From the NCBI GenBank assembly GCA_022702045.1, contig JAKONH010000477.1:1-48992 (forward strand): a stretch of DNA of 48,992 bases, read 5' to 3'. A program made the position numbers and the translations under genes. The DNA is from Spirosomataceae bacterium. Lineage in GTDB: Bacteria; Bacteroidota; Bacteroidia; Cytophagales; Spirosomataceae. The notes beneath the pieces are model-generated. The model made no database searches and was not told where the DNA came from. It worked only from the letters and a program-made list of their open reading frames with translations. Position 1 is the stretch's first letter; every line of letters starts with the position of its first letter. Positions 17,915-26,092 of the stretch are shown here, in pieces.

Positions 17915-19033
17915 ATGCATTCGATGCGCGTTCTTCTACTTTGGTTATGCCTGTTCGGTAGTGGTCCGGTGCTGGCGCAACCGGCCGAAAATCTGATTCT
18001 TGTTACGCTGGACGGCGTACGCTGGCAGGACGTGTTTTCCGGAGCGGATTCGACACTGCTCTTCGATCCGGTTTACAGTCGCGATACGTCGGCTGCGCGG
18101 AAAGCATTCTGGGCCAAAACCCCGGTTGAACGGCGTGAGCGGTTCATGCCGTTTTTGTGGACGACGATTGCGAAACAGGGCCAGCTGTACGGCAACCGGA
18201 AACTGGGCAGCCGGATGAACGTGTCGAACCCGCACTGGTTTAGTTACCCCGGCTACAACGAAATACTGAGCGGATATGCCGATGACCGGATCAAGTCGAA
18301 CGATAAGATTGATAATCCCAATGTCACGGTGCTGGAGTTTATCAATCAGCAACCGGGCTTTACCGGCAAGGTGGCCGCGTTCTCATCGTGGGATGTGATT
18401 GAAGCCGCCGTCAACGAAAAACGGAGCGGTGTATACGCCAGTTCGGCCAACGAAGCCAGTCAGCCCACCACCGGTCCCGACTCGCTGCTGACCGATATGA
18501 CCCGGCTGCTGCCGCGCCCCTTCGGCGATGGTGTCCGCGCCGACATGCTAACGTACTTTACCGCCCGGCAATACATCAAGGAAAAACGCCCGAGGGTGTT
18601 ATTCCTTTCATTCGATGAAACCGATGACCTGGCTCATGCGGGTCAATACGCCGAGCATTTGCAGATGGTACAGTCGATAGACCGCTACCTCAGCGATCTC
18701 TGGCAGCTACTTCAGTCGGTGCCGCAATATGCTGGTAAAACGGCGCTGCTTATCACCACTGATCACGGACGGGGCCATACGCCTAAAGCCCGCTGGAAAG
18801 ACTACGGTACCAAAACCGCCGATTCTTACCAGATCTGGCTGGCTGCTTTAGGAGCAGGCGTTGCCACGCCGGGTGAGTCCACGCCGGGTGAGTCCACGCC
18901 GGGTGAACAGAAAAACGGGCCGGTGCTTTACCAGAATCAGATAGCCGCCACGCTGGCCAAACTGTTGGGCCTTACGTTTACGGCCGATCACCCGGTCGGA
19001 ATGCCCATCGATACGGTGACAGGCGGAAAATAG
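17915..19033 (+). CDS. Secreted alkaline phosphatase superfamily/metalloenzyme protein
   Basis: Signal peptide; VTLDGVRWQ, FSYPGYNEILSG, DETDDLAH and TTDHGRG. Confidence 0.85.
   Translation: MHSMRVLLLWLCLFGSGPVLAQPAENLILVTLDGVRWQDVFSGADSTLLFDPVYSRDTSAARKAFWAKTPVERRERFMPFLWTTIAKQGQLYGNRKLGSRMNVSNPHWFSYPGYNEILSGYADDRIKSNDKIDNPNVTVLEFINQQPGFTGKVAAFSSWDVIEAAVNEKRSGVYASSANEASQPTTGPDSLLTDMTRLLPRPFGDGVRADMLTYFTARQYIKEKRPRVLFLSFDETDDLAHAGQYAEHLQMVQSIDRYLSDLWQLLQSVPQYAGKTALLITTDHGRGHTPKARWKDYGTKTADSYQIWLAALGAGVATPGESTPGESTPGEQKNGPVLYQNQIAATLAKLLGLTFTADHPVGMPIDTVTGGK
18864..18906 (+). repeat. In-frame 15-bp tandem repeat, about 3 copies
   Basis: CCACGCCGGGTGAGT x2 plus CCACGCCGGGTGA, encoding TPGESTPGESTPGE. 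Confidence 0.9.
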
Positions 19034-19136
19034 ACAGCAAGAAAAAGTAAGTGGCGTACGTCTTACGCATTGTAGAAAGACCAATTTTGTCATTCCAAGC
19101 CTGTTAGGAACGATAAAAAGCAAGCTTAAAGTCAAT

Positions 19137-20051
19137 ATGAATCGTCGCGATATACTGAAATCGGCCGGGCTGCTGCCCCTGCTGCCGGCCACGAACGAAC
19201 GGATAACGACTACGGTAGCCCGCAAGCGGAGTCTACGGTTCGCCTACCTGGGCGACACGCATATTTTCCCCGACAAAAAGCCGATGGATGGCGTCGCCAA
19301 CTGCTTGCAGCATGTACAGCAGCAGCGCGATAAGCCGGCTTTTATCCTGCACGGGGGTGACGTCATCATGGATGCCCTGAAAGAAGATCGCGAGAAGGTG
19401 CAGAAACAATGGGACGTCTGGCATTCCGTCGCTAAAGCCAACAATAGCCTGCCCATCGAATACTGCATCGGCAATCACGATGTCTGGGGGTTCGACAACG
19501 CGCAGAACGATCCGCTATACGGGAAAAAATGGGCTGTCGATCAGATGGGCATCAGTGGCCGGTACCGTAGTTTTAATAAAGGGGGCTGGCAGTTCATCAT
19601 TCTCGACAGCGTACAACCGAAAGCTGATGGCAAGTGGTACACCGGCGGTATCGACCCCGAACAACTGGACTGGCTGAAAGGGGAACTGGCGAAGATCGAC
19701 CGGAAAACTCCAGTGCTCATCATGTCGCATATCCCCATCGTGTCGGTAACGGCTTTTGCCTTCGAGACCAATGCAAAAGAGGGTAACTGGCAGATTCCCG
19801 GCGGCATCGCCCTGCCCGATGCGGCTCAGTTGATCACGCTCTTTTACCAGCATTCTAACGTGAAAGCCTGTCTGAGTGGTCATATGCACCTGCTTGATCG
19901 CGCCGAGTACAACGGCGTAACCTACCTCTGTAACGGCTCCGTTGCGGGTAATTGGTGGAAAGACGCAACCTACCAGCAAACCCATTCGGGCTATGCACTC
20001 TTCGATCTGTACGACGATGGTACCGTCGAGCGGACGTATATTCCGGTATAA
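19137..20051 (+). CDS. Calcineurin-like metallophosphoesterase with Tat-like signal
   Basis: NRRDILK N-terminus; DTH, GGD, GNHD, SH and SGHMH motifs. Confidence 0.9.
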   Translation: MNRRDILKSAGLLPLLPATNERITTTVARKRSLRFAYLGDTHIFPDKKPMDGVANCLQHVQQQRDKPAFILHGGDVIMDALKEDREKVQKQWDVWHSVAKANNSLPIEYCIGNHDVWGFDNAQNDPLYGKKWAVDQMGISGRYRSFNKGGWQFIILDSVQPKADGKWYTGGIDPEQLDWLKGELAKIDRKTPVLIMSHIPIVSVTAFAFETNAKEGNWQIPGGIALPDAAQLITLFYQHSNVKACLSGHMHLLDRAEYNGVTYLCNGSVAGNWWKDATYQQTHSGYALFDLYDDGTVERTYIPV

Positions 20052-20116
20052 TCAGTTTGTGGTTCGTCGTTCCTCCGGCGGAATGGCTACACGATGAATA
20101 ACCACAAACCACAAAC
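20052..20116. repeat. Second copy of heptamer-based inverted repeat element
   Basis: TCAGTTTGTGGTTCGTCGTTC ... AACCACAAACCACAAAC. Confidence 0.75.
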
Positions 20117-20128
20117 CATGACCTAACT

Positions 20129-20683
20129 ATGCAAACCATCGCCCAGATTTTCGCGCAGAGCGGGCAGGACGAGTACTACGGTGAACCTGTCACACAACTC
20201 GAACACGCGCTGCAATGCGCGCAACTTGCCGAGCAGGCCGGAGCCGACGACGAAACCGTTGTCGCGGCCTTCCTGCATGATATTGGTCACCTGTTGCCCC
20301 CCGTGAATTCGGCGGTAGGGTCTGCAGAAGGCTACATGGACGGTTACGGTACCATCGATCACGAGCGGCTGGGGGCTGATTTTCTGCGGCAACGGGGCTT
20401 CTCGGAAAAGATCGGCCAGCTCATCGAACACCACGTCAACGCCAAGCGCTATCTGGTATACAAGCAGCCTGAGTACCGCGCCCGACTGTCGGAGGCCAGT
20501 ACCCAAACGCTTATGTTTCAGGGCGGGCCGATGACCACCGATGAAGCCACACAGTTTGAACAAAACCCATACTTTCGCGAAATTCTGCAGGTGCGCGGCT
20601 GGGACGAACGGGCTAAGGAAATAGACCTGCCAACGCCCGGCATCGAGCATTACCTGGCCTTATGCGAGCGCGTCCGGCGGTAA
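20129..20683 (+). CDS. phnZ: HD-domain phosphonate degradation oxygenase (PhnZ/TmpB-like)
   Basis: YYGEPVTQLEHALQCA, LHDIGH, DHE, HHVNAKRY and WDERAK: the diiron ligand pattern of the PhnZ family. Confidence 0.8.
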   Translation: MQTIAQIFAQSGQDEYYGEPVTQLEHALQCAQLAEQAGADDETVVAAFLHDIGHLLPPVNSAVGSAEGYMDGYGTIDHERLGADFLRQRGFSEKIGQLIEHHVNAKRYLVYKQPEYRARLSEASTQTLMFQGGPMTTDEATQFEQNPYFREILQVRGWDERAKEIDLPTPGIEHYLALCERVRR

Positions 20684-20768
20684 GTACTCAGCCCATCGGC
20701 TACCCAAACGGCAACTTCGGATTAGTTTGAGTAGCTTGCGTATTGCACGAATCTACCACGCACTCATA

Positions 20769-22055
20769 ATGTCATCGCCCGCCTTCCTTCGCCACTCAAC
20801 AGCGTTTACCCTGTTCGGAGCCATCGCGGCTTTCTGCACGTATGCCTGTATGTATGCCTTCCGCAAGGGTATCACTGCCGTGTCGTTCGACGGGGTGGCG
20901 TTTGCCGGGGTTAGGTACAAAATCTGGCTGATTACGGCGCAGGTGCTAGGCTATGCAGCGTCGAAGCGTATCGGCGTGAAGGTCGTGTCGGAGATGACGC
21001 CGGGCCGTCGGGCCCTGAGTATTCTGCTGTTTATCGGTGTTGCCGAGCTGGCACTGCTGGGCTTTGCGCTGGTACCGGCTCCCTGGAATATCGGCTTCCT
21101 GTTTCTGAATGGCCTGCCGCTGGGCATGGTCTACGGCATTATGCTCGGCTTTCTGGAGGGACGGAAGCAAACGGATGCACTCGTCGCAGGGCTGACGGCC
21201 TCGTTTATCTTCGCGTCGGGGTTTGTCAAAACCATAGCCCTGACCATTCGCGCCGGCTGGGGCGTTTCGGAGTTCTGGCTACCGTTCGTTACCGGCGCGC
21301 TGTTTGTACTGCCGCTGTTGCTATCGGTCTATGCCCTGACATTATTGCCACCACCAACTGCTGAAGATCGTGCCCTGCGCACCGAGCGGAAACCCATGGA
21401 TGCGCAGGAGCGTCAGGCCTTCGTCAGTACATTCGGGCCGGGGCTGGTACTGCTGATTGCGTCCTACGTACTGCTATCGGCGTTCCGCGACTTCCGCGAC
21501 AACTTTGGTCCTGAAATTCTGCGCGATGCGGGGGTGAGCAATCCTGGTATTTTCGCCAAAACCGAAACGCTGGTGGCCGTTGGTGTGCTGCTTGTCATGG
21601 CGCTGTTGCAACGCGTCACCGACAATTTTCGGGCCTTCACGCTATTGAACGGCCTCATGTTGTTGGGGGGGGCGTTAGTGGGCCTGAGTACCTGGGCGTA
21701 CACGGGTGGCCTGCTTACAACCGGTACCTGGTTTCTGCTGACCGGGCTGGGTTTGTACATGAGCTATGTTCCGTGCAACGGCCTGTATTTCGAGCGGCTG
21801 GTAGCGTCGTTCCGCTACGTCAGCACCGTTGGCTTCATCGTAACCCTGGCCGACTGGTATGGTTATCTGGGGAGCGTAGGCGTATTGCTCTACAAAAACT
21901 TCGGCCAGGGCAGCATCAGCTATCTCGACTTCTTCATCAACGGCGCTTACATCCTGGCCGTGGTGTATACCCTGCTGGTCATCGGCTCGTACATTTATTT
22001 CCGGGGAAGGTATCGGGGCGCAGCTATGACGCAGAGCCAGCAAAGTCTGGCCTAG
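20769..22055 (+). CDS. MFS-like polytopic membrane protein (DUF5690-like), candidate phosphonate transporter
   Basis: About 12 hydrophobic segments; FCTYACMYAFRK, FLNGLPLGM, FLEGR, RDFRDNF and DWYGYLGS. ATG 20769 preferred. Confidence 0.75.
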   Translation: MSSPAFLRHSTAFTLFGAIAAFCTYACMYAFRKGITAVSFDGVAFAGVRYKIWLITAQVLGYAASKRIGVKVVSEMTPGRRALSILLFIGVAELALLGFALVPAPWNIGFLFLNGLPLGMVYGIMLGFLEGRKQTDALVAGLTASFIFASGFVKTIALTIRAGWGVSEFWLPFVTGALFVLPLLLSVYALTLLPPPTAEDRALRTERKPMDAQERQAFVSTFGPGLVLLIASYVLLSAFRDFRDNFGPEILRDAGVSNPGIFAKTETLVAVGVLLVMALLQRVTDNFRAFTLLNGLMLLGGALVGLSTWAYTGGLLTTGTWFLLTGLGLYMSYVPCNGLYFERLVASFRYVSTVGFIVTLADWYGYLGSVGVLLYKNFGQGSISYLDFFINGAYILAVVYTLLVIGSYIYFRGRYRGAAMTQSQQSLA

Positions 22056-22085
22056 TCGTCGATTGCGTACGGGTTGCAAATCGGT

Positions 22086-22093
22086 TAGCTTTG
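22086..22093 (+). promoter_or_regulatory. Bacteroidota -7 promoter element
   Basis: TAGCTTTG 6 bp before ATG 22100, implying a near-leaderless transcript. Confidence 0.5.
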
Positions 22094-22099
22094 TCAATC

Positions 22100-22435
22100 A
22101 TGGAAGCGACTATAAACCCAACTATCGAACCCATCGTATGCGAATTCAAAGCGGCCTTGCCGGCGATGTACGGCAACCGGCTGCGCGAGGTCGTACTCTA
22201 CGGTTCTTACGCGCTGGGTGACCAGGACGAGGAATCTGACATCGACCTGATGATCGTCCTGAACGACGAGAAGGTTGATACATTCGCCGAGATTCGGCGG
22301 ATTAGCCCGTTGGAGACCCGCTTCCTGCTCGATTATAGGCTCGTCGTGTCGCCGTTGCCCGTACCATACAGTCGATATAAAGACTCATGTAGTCCCATTT
22401 ATCAGGAGGTCAGAAAAGACGGCATGGTGCTATGA
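22100..22435 (+). CDS. Minimal nucleotidyltransferase (MNT), putative antitoxin
   Basis: 111 aa; VLYGSYALG...SDIDL pol-beta NTase motif; C-terminal EVRKDG; ATGA overlap with the HEPN gene. Confidence 0.85.
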   Translation: MEATINPTIEPIVCEFKAALPAMYGNRLREVVLYGSYALGDQDEESDIDLMIVLNDEKVDTFAEIRRISPLETRFLLDYRLVVSPLPVPYSRYKDSCSPIYQEVRKDGMVL

Positions 22436-22820
22436 AAGACGAGGTGTTGCTGTGCCTTGGCAGGGCTGAGTCAGCTATAGAAGGCGCTGACTTTTTGTTG
22501 CGGCATGACCGCGAGTTAGCCGTGGCAAACCGGGCGTACTACGCCTTTTTCTAGTGCGTAAGCGCCTTGCTGAAGTTTAAAAATACGTACACGAAAAAGC
22601 ATTCGGCCGCCCGGAGTAAATTCAGGGAGTTGTTCGTCAAAACAAAGTTGTTCGATGTTGAAGCCAGTCGTATTGTCGGTACCTGTTTCGCACCCGGCAA
22701 TCGGCTGATTACGACATGCAGGCTTACATAAGCGAGAATGAAGCTGCCTTACTGCTCAGCGACGCCCGCCAATTCTACGACCTTACACGGGCATATTTCC
22801 AGGAATACCCGGTCGAGTGA
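22432..22820 (+). pseudogene. HEPN domain toxin (UPF0332-like) pseudogene
   Basis: Reads MKDEV...ANRAYYAFF*CVSALL...KKHSAARSKF..., with in-frame TAG at 22552-22554. A 1-bp frameshift near 22690 then continues RQSADYDMQAYISENEAALLLSDARQF to TGA 22818-22820. Confidence 0.85.
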
Positions 22821-22889
22821 GCGGTGCTGGGTGCGCCGACTGGCGTTGACTTGACTGTCCGGTTGCTGGTCGAAGCCAAACGAATACAT

Positions 22890-23564
22890 ATGAACCCCTG
22901 GAACGAAGTCCCCTATGCGGATTATGAACGCCATATGAGCCACGAAACGGTGGGGCAGCTGGCGTTGCTGAATGAGATCACCGGAGAAAAGGTAGCCCAG
23001 CGGTACCCGCAGACTGTGGCCGTTTATGGTGCCTGTACGGGGAACGGATTCACACATTTTGTGGATGCGCAGACCGTATACGCCGTCGACCTGAACCCGA
23101 CCTACCTTGCCATCTGTCAGGATCGCTACGACCCGATTCTGAACAGATTGATACCAGTGCAGGCCGACATCAATCAGGAGCCAGTCGCCATCCCACCTGA
23201 TTCCGTTGATCTGCTTATCTGTCATCTCTTTCTGGAATATGTCGACCTGGAGCGGGCGTTTGCCAGCTTTCGGCAGGTTCTCCGGCCGGGCGGGCTGCTC
23301 AACGTCGTGTTGCAGCGCAGTAACGATACCGGCTGGGTCAGCAATACCGGTGTGACGACACTCCGGCCTGTGGCAGCCATCGCCAGTGAAGTGTCGGATG
23401 AAGCGCTCCGGCAACATGCCGCACCGGATTTACGCTTCGACGGTTCCCAGACCTACCGGATGCCCAACGGAAAAAGCCTGATTGCCTACGACTTTATAAA
23501 AGCCAGCGAGCCACCACAGACCGATGAAGACGACGCCGACGACTGGCTTGAGTGGGATCGGTAA
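22890..23564 (+). CDS. Class I SAM-dependent methyltransferase
   Basis: VYGACTGNG motif I, AVDLN, ADIN, VDLLIC and LRPGG; ATG 22890. Confidence 0.8.
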   Translation: MNPWNEVPYADYERHMSHETVGQLALLNEITGEKVAQRYPQTVAVYGACTGNGFTHFVDAQTVYAVDLNPTYLAICQDRYDPILNRLIPVQADINQEPVAIPPDSVDLLICHLFLEYVDLERAFASFRQVLRPGGLLNVVLQRSNDTGWVSNTGVTTLRPVAAIASEVSDEALRQHAAPDLRFDGSQTYRMPNGKSLIAYDFIKASEPPQTDEDDADDWLEWDR

Positions 23565-23615
23565 AGTTGTGTGAACGATCTGTCTCAATAAAGATGATTG
23601 GTTGAGCATTTCGGG

Positions 23616-23648
23616 CGAATTCACAGTCAAAGTCGCCGAATTCACAGT
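23616..23648 (+). promoter_or_regulatory. Putative LytTR operator
   Basis: Perfect 12-bp direct repeat CGAATTCACAGT at 23616-23627 and 23637-23648 (21-bp period); -7-like GACCTTTG at 23676-23683. Confidence 0.7.
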
Positions 23649-23701
23649 AACCGTTAAGAGATCGATAGAAGTGTTGACCTTTGCCCGTGTTGATTCACGG
23701 T

Positions 23702-25333
23702 ATGAGAACGGCGTTCCTGCTTCTATTTTTGTGGCTCGTCATGTGGCCTGTCTTCGCTCAGATCGACTGGGGCGGCTATTCACAGACGTTCACCGATAAA
23801 GCGCTCGACAAGCCATCGACGGTGGGAATCATCATAGCCGTTCGTCGGGGTAATGATTCGTTCTGGAATCAGCAAAATAATAGCCATGCGTTTGACGGCA
23901 TATACAACGACTCTGCTTTTCGTCACCTGCGTCCGCAATCCATCATTGGCCGACCGACATTCGATACAGCGCAGGCGCATTTTTTTCTGCATGGCGTGAA
24001 TGCAAAAAATGCAGTCAGGTATCAGTATCAGGTAACCGATTACACCACCAGCCGAACGATCGTACCCTGGCAGTCAGTGTTGCAACTGACGGATTTCGCG
24101 CTGATCAGGCAGGCGAGACTACCGCAGATGGCTTATCTTGGCAGCTATAGAGCCCCCCTGGGGCATACGTTGGTGGTGGATGTTCGGCGCACCGATAACC
24201 AACAGATAGTCGGGACCGCAATGGTGGCCTGGATGCCGATAAAACCCCGCGTAACCCGCGTCTACACAGCCAATAACGTAGGCGCTTTCCTGCGGAAGTT
24301 ACAGTACCCCTGGGCCAAAGACACATCACAGGCTTTGCCCAGTCAGGCGTCTGGTAAGCTGGTGTTGTCAGCTACTGACAACAACTTGATTCTGCTTCTG
24401 AATGCCACTATTTACACCAAAAAGCAGGTTCAGTATGAACTGGTAGGGGATGACAAGGTTAGTAATCCCTGGCGAGATAATGAGTACGACAATAATTTCA
24501 TCTGGCTCACTGACTTCCTGCCCGGCTCGTACCGACTTCGCATTCGATACACGGCCCAGCCACAGCACGTCACGGAGTTTCGGTTTCGGGTTGCCCCTGC
24601 CTGGTATCAATCCGGCGCATTCAAATTGGCAGTCGCTCTTGTTGCCACAGTTGGTTTGGGGGCACTGGCGTTGCTGGTTCTGCTCGTTCGCCAAAAACGG
24701 AAAGGCCGTGAGGAAGTGGCGAAGCGGATAAAATTGCAACTGGAATTGAAGGCGATACACGCACAGCTTAATCCACACTTTGTATTTAATGCGCTGAGTT
24801 CTATTCAGGGACTCATCAACCGGCACGATGTCAAAGGGGCTAATCAATATCTGGCCGATTTCGCCCGATTGATGCGTCAATCGCTGACGAATGCCAATCG
24901 GGAGATGATCCCGTTAGATGAAGAGATTCAACTGCTGACTACGTATCTGCGTTTAGAGCAGCTTCGCTTTGGCTTTCAATTTCAGATCGCACTCGATGAC
25001 ACTATAAATTCGTACGACACTGATATTCCTGCGCTGCTCCTACAGCCATTGGTGGAAAATGCGGTCAAACACGGAGTGGCACAGAAGGCAGAAATGGGTT
25101 TGGTTACTGTACAGTTTTGCCAGGTCGAGGACGCGTTGATTGCCCGGATTAGCGACAATGGTAACGGACTGACAGAGGGCAGTTCTGTCAGTGGATTTGG
25201 TCTGAAGCTGACGCGCGACCGGATCAGGTTGCTCAATGACCTCACTCCGGCGCAGGTGATTGAGTTGACTGTCAGCACTGAGCAGGCGATAGGAACGAAT
25301 GCTACTGTCCGATTTAATCACTGGTTTGCATGA
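23702..25333 (+). CDS. LytS-type sensor histidine kinase
   Basis: Signal peptide, large periplasmic domain, TM, AQLNPHFVFNALSSI, LQPLVENAVKHG, DNGNG and GFGL. Confidence 0.92.
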   Translation: MRTAFLLLFLWLVMWPVFAQIDWGGYSQTFTDKALDKPSTVGIIIAVRRGNDSFWNQQNNSHAFDGIYNDSAFRHLRPQSIIGRPTFDTAQAHFFLHGVNAKNAVRYQYQVTDYTTSRTIVPWQSVLQLTDFALIRQARLPQMAYLGSYRAPLGHTLVVDVRRTDNQQIVGTAMVAWMPIKPRVTRVYTANNVGAFLRKLQYPWAKDTSQALPSQASGKLVLSATDNNLILLLNATIYTKKQVQYELVGDDKVSNPWRDNEYDNNFIWLTDFLPGSYRLRIRYTAQPQHVTEFRFRVAPAWYQSGAFKLAVALVATVGLGALALLVLLVRQKRKGREEVAKRIKLQLELKAIHAQLNPHFVFNALSSIQGLINRHDVKGANQYLADFARLMRQSLTNANREMIPLDEEIQLLTTYLRLEQLRFGFQFQIALDDTINSYDTDIPALLLQPLVENAVKHGVAQKAEMGLVTVQFCQVEDALIARISDNGNGLTEGSSVSGFGLKLTRDRIRLLNDLTPAQVIELTVSTEQAIGTNATVRFNHWFA

Positions 25334-26079
25334 ACGCTATTCTGATCGACGACGAGAAGCATAACCTAGACAACCTCCGGACGATGCTGCAAACGTATTG
25401 TCCGCAGGTAACCGTTTGCGCGACCGCGTCGGATGCAGAAACCGGGAAAGGGTTATTGTATCGCTATCGGCCTGACTTGTTGTTTCTGGACATACAAATG
25501 CCCGGACAAACGGGGTTCGACTTGCTGCGGAGTCTACCTTATCGCGATTTCGAACTGATCATTGTCACGGCCTACGATCAGTATGCAATTCAGGCGATGC
25601 GCTTTGCTGCCGTCGATTATCTGCTCAAACCCGTCGACATCGATGAGTTGCAGGCAGCAGTAGACAGGGCAACCAAACAGCATAAACTGAAAGTACAGAA
25701 CCAGCAGCTGGATAATCTCATGGAGGTGCTCAGGTTACAGCAGGCGGGCGAAGAACAGCGTATTGCCTTACCCACTGCTAGGGAAACCCGGCTGGTGAAC
25801 GTTGCCGACATCATCCATTGCGAGTCTGCTAATAATTACACGACTTTCTTTTTGCGTACGCAGGAGCGCATACTGGTGTGCAAACCTATCTACGAGTATG
25901 AAGAACTGCTCAAACCACACGGCTTTTTACGCTGTCATCAGTCGCATCTGGTAAACAAAAAATGGATTAAAAGCTGGCGGAAAGATGTCGGCGATTTCCT
26001 GGTGCTGACCAACGAAACTGAACTGCCGGTTTCACGGGGTAAAAAAGAGGCCGTCAAACAGGCACTAAATCTGATGTAA
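25330..26079 (+). CDS. LytTR family response regulator
   Basis: LIDDE, LFLDIQMP, VTAY, LLKP and FLRCHQSHLVN; ATGA overlap with the kinase. Confidence 0.95.
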   Translation: MNAILIDDEKHNLDNLRTMLQTYCPQVTVCATASDAETGKGLLYRYRPDLLFLDIQMPGQTGFDLLRSLPYRDFELIIVTAYDQYAIQAMRFAAVDYLLKPVDIDELQAAVDRATKQHKLKVQNQQLDNLMEVLRLQQAGEEQRIALPTARETRLVNVADIIHCESANNYTTFFLRTQERILVCKPIYEYEELLKPHGFLRCHQSHLVNKKWIKSWRKDVGDFLVLTNETELPVSRGKKEAVKQALNLM

Positions 26080-26092
26080 TCGTCTATAAATC

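Noticed and set aside
3476-18906. Tandem repeats considered as possible CRISPR arrays
   Set aside because: Units are 15 bp, contiguous, in-frame and lack spacers; no cas genes are present.
21773-22099. Long N-terminal extension of the MNT ORF
   Set aside because: It overlaps the membrane protein gene in another frame; a -7 element and ATG at 22100 fit a normal-sized MNT.
22552-22554. In-frame TAG as pyrrolysine or readthrough recoding
   Set aside because: A second lesion (frameshift) exists in the same gene and no recoding machinery is visible; pseudogenisation is simpler.
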